Positions 17,116 through 23,905 of a stretch of DNA of 55,714 nt are shown here, piece by piece. Position numbers and translations under genes: made by a program. The stretch's first letter is position 1. Every line of letters begins with the position of its first letter. Source of the stretch: a virus; IMG/VR virus record IMGVR_UViG_3300006169_000022, positions 1 through 55,714 of that record. One strand, 5' to 3'. Under the pieces are notes generated by a model, which searched no databases, was not told the DNA's origin, and saw only the letters and a list, made by a program, of their open reading frames with translations.

Positions 17116-17340
17116 ATGTTCAAGAACCGTGAACTTCGCGTCCAGGTTGCCAAGACCGCACCTCAGGACTCCACCCAGCCCCAGCGCGACCGCACTGGCG
17201 AAATCCTACTGATCCACGCGATCGTCAAGGAAGACGTCAAGAAGCTCGCAATGATCGCTGGCGCTGGATACGCCATGAAGCGCGCCTTCGACCTCGGAAG
17301 CGAGATCGCTGTCATTGCCGCAAAGGCCAACATCAAGTAG
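17116..17340 (+). CDS. Hypothetical protein, 74 aa
   Basis: Start set by module copy 3; terminator downstream. Confidence 0.6.
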   Translation: MFKNRELRVQVAKTAPQDSTQPQRDRTGEILLIHAIVKEDVKKLAMIAGAGYAMKRAFDLGSEIAVIAAKANIK

Positions 17341-17346
17341 ATCCCA

Positions 17347-17386
17347 AACCAAGACCACGACTAATACTCGTGGTCACGGTTTTCGC
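17347..17386 (+). terminator. Terminator hairpin, 40-nt unit duplicated exactly at 17660-17699
   Basis: aaccaa-gaccacga-ctaatac-tcgtggtc-acggttttcgc; 8-bp perfect stem plus an outer aacc/ggtt pairing. Confidence 0.7.
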
Positions 17387-17438
17387 GAATGGAACATTCC
17401 TCCTAATGAGACCCCAATCCAACTACCAAGGAGCAGCA
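17383..17438 (+). promoter_or_regulatory. Promoter/leader module, copy 4
   Basis: tcgcga-atggaacattcctcc-taatgagaccccaatccaactaccaaggagcagca-ATG. Confidence 0.55.
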
Positions 17439-17654
17439 ATGTTCGTCATTACCCTCAGCAACATGTTTGCAACGACCACCGGCCTTGCTGGCCCCGCAAG
17501 CACATGGCTTAGGTGGGACACGCTCGAAGACGCCCGCAAGGCCGCCGTCGAGCTCAATGCCCACTATGGCCTACACGCGTATATCCACCCGGCCGATCGT
17601 ACAGACATCACTCTGGAGATGATCGACACCCATTCCTTCGGCTACGCCGATTGA
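17439..17654 (+). CDS. Hypothetical protein, 71 aa
   Basis: ATG lies 6 nt after AAGGAG of module copy 4. The upstream in-frame start in the track (17370) lies inside the terminator/module. Confidence 0.6.
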   Translation: MFVITLSNMFATTTGLAGPASTWLRWDTLEDARKAAVELNAHYGLHAYIHPADRTDITLEMIDTHSFGYAD

Positions 17655-17659
17655 CCCCC

Positions 17660-17699
17660 AACCAAGACCACGACTAATACTCGTGGTCACGGTTTTCGC
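17660..17699 (+). terminator. Terminator hairpin, exact copy of 17347-17386
   Basis: Identical 40-nt sequence. Confidence 0.7.
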
Positions 17700-17715
17700 T
17701 TTGTAAGGACGTGTC

Positions 17716-18027
17716 ATGGAACATCGCTTTCAGCACGCTTCAGCCACAGCACGCCTGGCCATATTCCCCGATGGCACGGCGCTTCTGTCCAGTCTTCGCT
17801 CACAGGCCCGCTGGAGAGGACACGCTAGCGGCCTGATGCGCGACATCACAAGCTACGCCGATGAGCATGGGCTCACCATATTTCTGACCGTGCAGGCGTA
17901 CGGTCACCCGACCAATGGGCTCAACAACCGTGAGCTCGAGAAGTTCTACGAGAGGTTCGGCTTCGTCAGGGACGCCCGATTCCCTAAGCCACCTTTCCGC
18001 ATGATCCGATATTTGAAGGAGGGGTAA
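17716..18027 (+). CDS. Minimal GNAT-type acetyltransferase domain protein (putative), 103 aa
   Basis: R-W-R-G-H-A-S (Q/RxxGxG/A acetyl-CoA loop) followed by ...LEKFYERFGF, the usual GNAT C-terminal motif. Confidence 0.5.
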   Translation: MEHRFQHASATARLAIFPDGTALLSSLRSQARWRGHASGLMRDITSYADEHGLTIFLTVQAYGHPTNGLNNRELEKFYERFGFVRDARFPKPPFRMIRYLKEG

Positions 18028-18239
18028 TGCCCGAAGTGAAGCACTACGTCGTCACTCAGACCCGGAAGGTTCGAGTCACGGCGAACAGCGCTGCCGACGC
18101 AGCAGAGATCGCCTCATCCGCCTTCGGCGGGAAGGACGGTGAGGGGTCTGTTGCCTACGGTCGTGGGCCTCACGGCATCTGGGGCAACACCACCGGCCGA
18201 ATCGAGGAGACTCGCCTGGAGGTCGACAGGGAGAAGTAG
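18027..18239 (+). CDS. Hypothetical protein, 70 aa
   Basis: GAAGGAGG RBS; TAATG stop-start overlap. Confidence 0.6.
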   Translation: MPEVKHYVVTQTRKVRVTANSAADAAEIASSAFGGKDGEGSVAYGRGPHGIWGNTTGRIEETRLEVDREK

Positions 18240-18240
18240 C

Positions 18241-18270
18241 TCGCAAGAAAAACATGCCCCCTAATGAGAG
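18241..18270 (+). promoter_or_regulatory. Promoter module, copy 5 (upstream half only; followed by a ~100-nt divergent leader)
   Basis: tcgcaa-gaaaaacatgccccc-taatgagag, then divergence; the same 15-nt spacing. Confidence 0.5.
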
Positions 18271-18367
18271 GAACGTCATCATCGACGATTGCTTCCCCCA
18301 CAATTGCGTGGGAGACGCATCCTCTCACTTTTATGCCCACCATCTATATTTCAGCAAGGAGAACATC

Positions 18368-18496
18368 ATGGTCAGGGCCATCGTCATCATCGCACTGTTC
18401 TTTCTCGCAGTGCACTGGCTTACCGGAGGCCAGCAAGAGATCATCGACCGGACGTACGACCCCAGCAAGAACCCAACAATGAGGAGTAATCCGTGA
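18368..18496 (+). CDS. Small membrane protein, 42 aa
   Basis: ATG lies 5 nt after AAGGAG; MVRAIVIIALFFLAVHWL TM segment. The longer track ORF starts at an ATG inside module copy 5. Confidence 0.5.
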   Translation: MVRAIVIIALFFLAVHWLTGGQQEIIDRTYDPSKNPTMRSNP

Positions 18497-19281
18497 AGAT
18501 TCCGCAGTTCGTGTACGTCGTCCGTAAGGTTGCGAACGACAACGCACCCGCGATTCTCACTGGTGTCGGTATCACCGGCACCGTGGCAACCGCATATCTG
18601 ACTGGCAAGGCCTCGTACCAGGCAGCCGGCATCATCCACGACGCCAAGGTCGAGCGTGTCGAAGGGACCATTCCGGTCCTGGTGCCGGTCGAGCTGACGA
18701 CGAAGGAGAAGGTCGAGCTGACCTGGAAGCTCTATATTCCCGCCGCTGGAGCAGGCGTTGGGACCATCGGAGCGATCTACTTCGCCAACCGGATCAGCTC
18801 GAAGAGGCTCGCCGCCATGGCCGCCGCCTACACCATCTCGGAGAAGGCATATTCCGAGTACAAGGACAAGGTCGTCGAGCTCATGGGCAAGGAGAAGGAG
18901 GAGAAGGTCCGTGCCTCCGTCCAGCAGGATCGAGTCAACCGTGACGCCGACAACGGCTTCATCGACGACAACCTGGAAGACGGGCTCGTGCGTTGTAAGG
19001 ACGCATGGTCCGGGCAGTACTTCCGTAGCACCATGGAGGACATCAAGACCGCCCAGAACGACCTGAACTACCAGATCCTGCACCACGGGTCTGCCTCACT
19101 GACCGACCTCTACTGCCAGCTCGGCATCGACAAGACGAAGGAGAGTGACGAGATCGGCTGGAACAGCGACAAGTTGCTCGAGATCGTGTTCGTGACGACC
19201 ATGGACAACAAGAAGCGGCCGGTGCTCGTGATGGATTTCGCAGTGGACCCCATTCGAAAGTACTGGAAAAGCAACGTCTGA
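18493..19281 (+). CDS. Membrane-anchored protein, paralog of 23013..23894, 262 aa, GTG start
   Basis: GTGA overlap; GAGGAG RBS. Two N-terminal hydrophobic segments and a shared L(T/N)(D/E)(L/V)Y.QLG...GW block. Confidence 0.6.
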   Translation: MKIPQFVYVVRKVANDNAPAILTGVGITGTVATAYLTGKASYQAAGIIHDAKVERVEGTIPVLVPVELTTKEKVELTWKLYIPAAGAGVGTIGAIYFANRISSKRLAAMAAAYTISEKAYSEYKDKVVELMGKEKEEKVRASVQQDRVNRDADNGFIDDNLEDGLVRCKDAWSGQYFRSTMEDIKTAQNDLNYQILHHGSASLTDLYCQLGIDKTKESDEIGWNSDKLLEIVFVTTMDNKKRPVLVMDFAVDPIRKYWKSNV

Positions 19282-19311
19282 ATGGGGTCTCCCATGTGAG
19301 ATCTCTACTTG

Positions 19312-19341
19312 AGGGGGATTGGCCTTACGGCTGATCCCCCT
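19312..19341 (+). terminator. Hairpin after 18493..19281
   Basis: agggggat / atccccct 8-bp stem with a 14-nt loop; no clear T-run. Confidence 0.4.
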
Positions 19342-19352
19342 TAGGTATTTCC

Positions 19353-19403
19353 TCGCGAGAAAAACATGTCTCTTAATGAGACCACTACCCGAAAGGAAAC
19401 CTC
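19353..19403 (+). promoter_or_regulatory. Promoter/leader module, copy 6
   Basis: tcgcga-gaaaaacatgtctct-taatgagaccactacccgaaaggaaacctc-ATG. Confidence 0.6.
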
Positions 19404-19610
19404 ATGAACAACGAGAACAACGAGACCCCGGAGACCCCCAACACCGCCGAGGCCACCGCCCGCAAGTTCTTCACCAAGAAGAACGTGATCCGCACCGCCG
19501 TTGCTGCCACCGCAGTGACCGCCGTCGTGGTGATCGTCGTCAAGACGAAGAACAGCGAGCTGGCCCAGGAGGCTGTCGAGGCCGCCGAGTCCGTCGCCAC
19601 CGCTGCCTGA
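19404..19610 (+). CDS. Small membrane protein, 68 aa
   Basis: Start set by module copy 6; TAVAATAVTAVVVIVV TM-like core; terminator downstream. Confidence 0.6.
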   Translation: MNNENNETPETPNTAEATARKFFTKKNVIRTAVAATAVTAVVVIVVKTKNSELAQEAVEAAESVATAA

Positions 19611-19633
19611 GACCCCATCAGGTCCCCCTCAAG

Positions 19634-19675
19634 ATGAGAGGGCTTGTAGCAATCGCTACAGGCCCTTTCATTTTC
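19634..19675 (+). terminator. Intrinsic terminator (GAGAGGGC-type), near-copy of 16340-16381
   Basis: atgagagggcttgtagc-aatc-gctacaggccctttcat followed by TTT. Confidence 0.75.
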
Positions 19676-19696
19676 TCTCAACAAGGAGACCCCTGC

Positions 19697-20074
19697 ATGA
19701 CTGAAGAACGAGATGGAAACCTCGGTGAGGTGATCGACCGTCGAGTACAGGTCTACGGTGACCCAACCGTGACATATCCTCGGATCGCACAGATCTGGTC
19801 CGGGGTGCTCGGCGTCGAGGTGTCAGCCACCGACGTCTGCCTCTGCATCATCGGGCTGAAGATGGTGCGCGCTCACGAGATGCCGGACTACTCCGACAAC
19901 TCGGATGATATCGAGGGCTACCTCGATATTTTCCGGACGCTCGTGGGCGATGACATGATCGCTGCTCGTACGGTCGCCGACTTCATCGCACAGAAGTGGC
20001 CGGCCGAGCCGGACCCACAGCAGATGTCGATATTCGACGACTTCGACCCGCACCACAACCGCGTCACCATCTGA
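19697..20074 (+). CDS. Hypothetical protein, 125 aa
   Basis: ATG lies 7 nt after AAGGAG. The 251-aa track ORF (19319) would run through the terminator, module copy 6 and another gene. Confidence 0.6.
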   Translation: MTEERDGNLGEVIDRRVQVYGDPTVTYPRIAQIWSGVLGVEVSATDVCLCIIGLKMVRAHEMPDYSDNSDDIEGYLDIFRTLVGDDMIAARTVADFIAQKWPAEPDPQQMSIFDDFDPHHNRVTI

Positions 20075-20084
20075 AAGGAACCAC

Positions 20085-20744
20085 ATGCTCAAGAAGACCA
20101 TCACCTTCGAGGATTACTCGGAGCCGCCTCGGGAGATCAGCCGCGACTTCTACTTCAACTTCACCAAGCTGGAGGTGATCGAGATGCTCGAGGTCGAGGA
20201 CCTCGAGGGAACGCTCAAGACCCTGCAGGAGACGCAGGACGGCCCCAAGGCCTACGAGATGTTCAAGAAGCTGATCCTCCGTGCCTACGGTGAGAAGACC
20301 CCCGAGGGCGGTTTCACCAAGGAAGACGAGAACGGACGCCCGCTCTCCAAGAAGTTCGAGACCCTGCCGGCCTGCTCGGAGCTCATCATCGAGTTCCTGC
20401 AGAACCCCCTGCTCGGTGCCGACTTCATCGAGAAGTGCCTCCCGGCCAAGATGGTCGCCGAGGCCAAGGAGGCCCAGAAGAACAACCCCAGCAAGGCCGA
20501 GCTCGAGAAGATGGTCGCCGAGGCCGCCGAGCGTCAGGAGAACCCTGAGACCCGCATCGAGCCTGGCACCCCGCCGGCAGAGCTGCGCGTCGTCGAGGAG
20601 GACACCAAGACGTTCGACGACTTCTCCAAGGAGGAGCTGCTCGAGATGTCGCAGGAGCAGTTCCAGAGCCTCGTGCCGAGGGACCCGAAGTCGATGACCC
20701 AGGCCCAGCTCCTGGTCGCCTTCGAGCGCAAGAACAAGCAGTAA
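20085..20744 (+). CDS. Hypothetical acidic protein, 219 aa
   Basis: GAAAGGAA RBS; good coding look. Confidence 0.6.
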   Translation: MLKKTITFEDYSEPPREISRDFYFNFTKLEVIEMLEVEDLEGTLKTLQETQDGPKAYEMFKKLILRAYGEKTPEGGFTKEDENGRPLSKKFETLPACSELIIEFLQNPLLGADFIEKCLPAKMVAEAKEAQKNNPSKAELEKMVAEAAERQENPETRIEPGTPPAELRVVEEDTKTFDDFSKEELLEMSQEQFQSLVPRDPKSMTQAQLLVAFERKNKQ

Positions 20745-20749
20745 CCCAT

Positions 20750-20876
20750 ATTCGTGAGAAAGGGCGGCAGGCGAGGGCCCTCCGGGGAAGGTAGGGGTCT
20801 CACCCTATTCCGGACGCCTGCAGACGAAACGACCGCCGACAGACAGGGACTGAAAAAGGTGCCCCGGCTCACGAAT
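20750..20876 (+). other. Structured intergenic element (~127 nt, multi-stem)
   Basis: Closed by a perfect 9-bp pairing attcgtgag (20750-58) / ctcacgaat (20868-76). Inner pairings gcaggcg/cgcctgc and tccgg/ccgga, plus a GGTAGGG...CCCTA hairpin. Confidence 0.35.
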
Positions 20877-20915
20877 GCAGTACACCATATTTGAGAACAA
20901 CAACCAAGGAGGTTC

Positions 20916-21329
20916 ATGCAGATGAACATCGACAAGATTGCCAAGAAGGACGCGTTCAACTGGGCTCGCGCAGAGATGTTCTTCGGTACCGGAGCAGGTA
21001 CCCGAAGGAAGCTGCTCGAGGCTGAGATCGCACACAAGGTGGAGACCATCTCCGGCTACCACGAGTCGTTCAACAAGTGGTACTCGAAGCAGAACTTCGC
21101 CGACCACGCCATCGCTGCCGCCAAGGAGCGGAAGCACATCGACCGCGTGAGCATGCTCAAGCGGAACGGCAGGGGTCTGCTGACGGGGAACCGCCGGCAG
21201 CTCACAGGCACGGTCCTCACGGGTGTTCTCGTGTGGGGTGTCCTGGTCGAGACGGGCTACGACAAGCCGATCAAGGCCGAGGTCAAGAAGCGCTACGAGC
21301 AGGTCAAGGCGAAGGTCAAGGAGCTCTGA
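20916..21329 (+). CDS. Hypothetical protein with C-terminal TM-like segment, 137 aa (start 20916 or 20922)
   Basis: AGGAGG at 20907-12; two in-frame ATGs 3 and 9 nt downstream. Confidence 0.55.
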   Translation: MQMNIDKIAKKDAFNWARAEMFFGTGAGTRRKLLEAEIAHKVETISGYHESFNKWYSKQNFADHAIAAAKERKHIDRVSMLKRNGRGLLTGNRRQLTGTVLTGVLVWGVLVETGYDKPIKAEVKKRYEQVKAKVKEL

Positions 21330-21523
21330 TGGCCAGGACCCACGTTCCTCCGGCTCGGCCGATCGACCCGCAGTTCACCCCAGAGCAGATCCTCGAGCAG
21401 GTACACAACCTGCTCGTTCGGGTCAACGGAGACAGCGACAAGTCAACGGACGAAGAGAGCGTGACCTACTACCAGGGTGCGATCGATATCCTGGAGGAAC
21501 TGGAGGCCGTTCTCACCGTGTAA
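21329..21523 (+). CDS. Hypothetical protein, 64 aa
   Basis: TGATG stop-start overlap. Confidence 0.5.
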   Translation: MARTHVPPARPIDPQFTPEQILEQVHNLLVRVNGDSDKSTDEESVTYYQGAIDILEELEAVLTV

Positions 21524-21524
21524 C

Positions 21525-21579
21525 TCGCAAGATTTACACGCCTCATAATGAGACCCCAACTACGAAAAGGAACACAATC
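21525..21579 (+). promoter_or_regulatory. Promoter/leader module, copy 7
   Basis: tcgcaa-gatttacacgcctca-taatgagaccccaactacgaaaaggaacacaatc-ATG. Confidence 0.6.
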
Positions 21580-21819
21580 ATGTCCAAGCTGACCACCGCC
21601 AAGATTGTCGTCCGCACCGTCGTCGGTATGAGCACCAGCTTCACCGTCGCCAACGCACTCCGCAACAACGTCCCCACCGAGACCAAGTCCCAGAAGACCC
21701 AGGTCGCGATCGGGAGCGTTGCTGTGGGCGCCATGGCTTCGGAGGCTGCTGGGCAGTACACCGACCGGCTGTTCGACGACATCGCCGCTGCGTTCAACTC
21801 CGGCAAGAAGACCGCCTGA
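21580..21819 (+). CDS. Small membrane protein, 79 aa
   Basis: Start set by module copy 7; two hydrophobic stretches; strong terminator downstream. Confidence 0.6.
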   Translation: MSKLTTAKIVVRTVVGMSTSFTVANALRNNVPTETKSQKTQVAIGSVAVGAMASEAAGQYTDRLFDDIAAAFNSGKKTA

Positions 21820-21836
21820 CCCGTACTACCACCTCG

Positions 21837-21874
21837 AAAGGGAGGGCGCCTAATACGCGCCCTTTCCTTTTTTT
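21837..21874 (+). terminator. Intrinsic terminator
   Basis: aaagggagggcgc-ctaatac-gcgccctttccttt hairpin followed by a T7 run (21868-74). Confidence 0.75.
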
Positions 21875-21897
21875 CTCTACTACCCAAAGGATGAATT

Positions 21898-22566
21898 ATG
21901 GAGAACCAGTTCCCCGGCAACAGCCACCAGGACAAGGAGAAGCCCACCGCGAAGAAGGCTGCGCCGGAGAAGAAGGTCGAGAAGATCGTCACCGGCGAAG
22001 TCGTCCAGCGGAAGAAGCCTCTCGGCAAGAAGTTCAAGGAGTTCATCGTTGGCGATGACTCCAAGAGCGTGATTCACTGGATCTGGGGCGATGTGCTCGT
22101 TCCAGGTGCGAAGGACGTCGTCTACGACGCTCTCACCGGAGGGCTCGAGAAGAGGATGTTCGGCGAGGCTCGTGGCCGTCGTCGTGGCGGCATCGCGAAC
22201 AGCGCCGTTCAGCAGATCTTCGGTAACGCGGCCTACAACCCGTACAACCGATATTCTGCGAGCAGCACCTCGCTGAGGCAGGACAACCGAGGCGGTCTTC
22301 CCAACCGCCGTGGTCGCGCTCAGATGCGTGACCTGGGTGAGATCCTGTTCACCACTCGCGCCGAGGCCACAGAGGTTCTCGACGCCATGATCGCCATCAT
22401 CGCGCAGTATCAGTCGGTCACCGTGGCCGATTTCTGGGAGCTCCTTGGCAAGACTGGAGAGCCCACGGACGAGAACTTCGGATGGACCGAGCTGCTCGGT
22501 GCCGACGTGATCTCCACCGGAGGTGTCTACCTCCTGGAACTGCCCAACCCGCACAAGCTCGACTGA
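21898..22566 (+). CDS. Hypothetical protein, 222 aa (Lys-rich N-terminus)
   Basis: AAAGGA RBS; ORF in track. Confidence 0.6.
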   Translation: MENQFPGNSHQDKEKPTAKKAAPEKKVEKIVTGEVVQRKKPLGKKFKEFIVGDDSKSVIHWIWGDVLVPGAKDVVYDALTGGLEKRMFGEARGRRRGGIANSAVQQIFGNAAYNPYNRYSASSTSLRQDNRGGLPNRRGRAQMRDLGEILFTTRAEATEVLDAMIAIIAQYQSVTVADFWELLGKTGEPTDENFGWTELLGADVISTGGVYLLELPNPHKLD

Positions 22567-22603
22567 CCCCCAACAACAGCTCTACCAAACAGGAGATATT
22601 TCG

Positions 22604-22846
22604 ATGCAGAACCGCACCACCACTCCCGAAAAGCCCACCACCGAGCTGTTCATGGATGCAGTCATGAGGCGGAAGCCGTGCAAGAGGCACCAGGCCGGCC
22701 TCGATTTCCCCTGCTGGGAGATCATCCCGATCGAGGGGCTGCCCAAGAAGGGCGTCTGCAACCGCCGTGCGAGGAACGCCGGGTTCAACCACCCGATCGA
22801 CCCGCGCTCGCTCCGTCTCCACCGGAACAAGACCGACAAGAAGTAG
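22604..22846 (+). CDS. Hypothetical basic protein, 80 aa
   Basis: ATG lies 8 nt after AGGAG (22591-95). Confidence 0.5.
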   Translation: MQNRTTTPEKPTTELFMDAVMRRKPCKRHQAGLDFPCWEIIPIEGLPKKGVCNRRARNAGFNHPIDPRSLRLHRNKTDKK

Positions 22847-22852
22847 GGAGTC

Positions 22853-23002
22853 ATGGCCACCAACAAGGAACGCGAGCTGCTCAAGTCCGCCTACAAGGTT
22901 GGCGGCAAACCCTCCCCAAAGTGGGCCGCGAAGGTCGACAGAATGTCGGACTCGCAAGTCATCGCCGTCCTTCGACGGCTCCAGTCGCAGAACAAGATCT
23001 GA
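22853..23002 (+). CDS. Small conserved-looking phage protein, 49 aa
   Basis: Not in the track (<60 aa). GGGAG RBS. MATNKERELLKSAYKVGGKPSPKWAAKVDRMSDSQVIAVLRRL resembles a common small phage protein (KV.KMSD.QV.A.Y.RL). Confidence 0.45.
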   Translation: MATNKERELLKSAYKVGGKPSPKWAAKVDRMSDSQVIAVLRRLQSQNKI

Positions 23003-23012
23003 AGGAGAAGCA

Positions 23013-23894
23013 ATGAAGTTCAACCTGCCCAGTGCAGTCACGACTCGGCTCGGAGTAGCCTCGGTCAAGCTGCAGCAAAACTCCCCGCATATCCTCTTCG
23101 GTGCCGGCATCGTTCTGATGGGCGCCACCGTTGTCACGGCGTGCCGGGCAACGCTGAAGGTGGAGACGACGCTCGACGCCCACAAGCAGCACATCGAGTG
23201 GACGAACGAGCACGTTGCGCCTGAGGGTCAGGCCAAGGAGAAGGCCATCGCCTACGCGGTGACCGCCCGCAAGCTCACCCGTCTGTACGGCCCGTCGGTC
23301 GTGCTGGGTGTCGGCTCGGTCGCCTGCCTCACGCAGTCGCACCGCATCATGACGCAGCGGAACGTGGCTCTGACCGCGTCGTACGCTGCTCTGGACAAGG
23401 CCTTCAAGCAGTACCGTGGCCGCGTCGTCAACGAGCTCGGCGAGGACCGCGAGCGCGAGATCTTCCGTGCCGTCGAGACCGAGAAGGTCAAGGGCGAGGA
23501 CGGGAAGAAGGTCGAGGTCAAGAAGAGCAATGGTGGTGGCTCCGGCTACGCCCGGCTCTTCGACGAGCACAACATCAACTGGGACACGAACCCGGACTAT
23601 CGGGTCGGGTTCCTGCGTCTCTCGCAGAACCAGCTCAACGATCAGCTCAACGCCAAGGGCGTGCTGTTCCTGAACGAGGTCTACGACCAGCTGGGGCTGG
23701 AGCGGACCGAGGCCGGGCAGCATGTCGGCTGGGTCTCCTCGAAGTTCTCGGAGTCGAAGGACGGCTTCGTGGACTTCGGCGTCTTCACCGACCGCACCGC
23801 GGACGAGTACTACAACTTCGCGGTTCACGGTGAGGGCATCTGGCTCGACTTCAACGTCGACGGCATCGTCGCCGACCTCTTGAAGAAGATCTGA
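23013..23894 (+). CDS. Membrane-anchored protein, paralog of 18493..19281, 293 aa
   Basis: ATG lies 5 nt after GAAGGAG. The track ORF start (22767) is far upstream, overlapping two genes. Confidence 0.6.
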   Translation: MKFNLPSAVTTRLGVASVKLQQNSPHILFGAGIVLMGATVVTACRATLKVETTLDAHKQHIEWTNEHVAPEGQAKEKAIAYAVTARKLTRLYGPSVVLGVGSVACLTQSHRIMTQRNVALTASYAALDKAFKQYRGRVVNELGEDREREIFRAVETEKVKGEDGKKVEVKKSNGGGSGYARLFDEHNINWDTNPDYRVGFLRLSQNQLNDQLNAKGVLFLNEVYDQLGLERTEAGQHVGWVSSKFSESKDGFVDFGVFTDRTADEYYNFAVHGEGIWLDFNVDGIVADLLKKI

Positions 23895-23905
23895 GGCGGT
23901 GACAC

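Noticed and set aside
19319-20074. The 251-aa track ORF 19319..20074 taken as one gene.
   Set aside because: Its N-terminal half is Arg/His/Pro-rich nonsense. It reads through module copy 6, the 19404..19610 gene (in another frame) and a strong terminator. The real gene starts at ATG 19697, behind AAGGAG.
20085-20744. Calling 20085..20744 a tail assembly chaperone because of a remembered FYFN..K.E..EM motif.
   Set aside because: The gene lies in the accessory/early region, far from the tail module. The resemblance rests on memory of a short motif only, so it is left as hypothetical.
15996-21582. The possibility that the reiterated ~50-nt motif array is a CRISPR array.
   Set aside because: The intervals between repeats are 230-2,100 nt and contain ORFs with RBSs and terminators. 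The repeats are only partially conserved and are directional with the genes. No cas genes are present.
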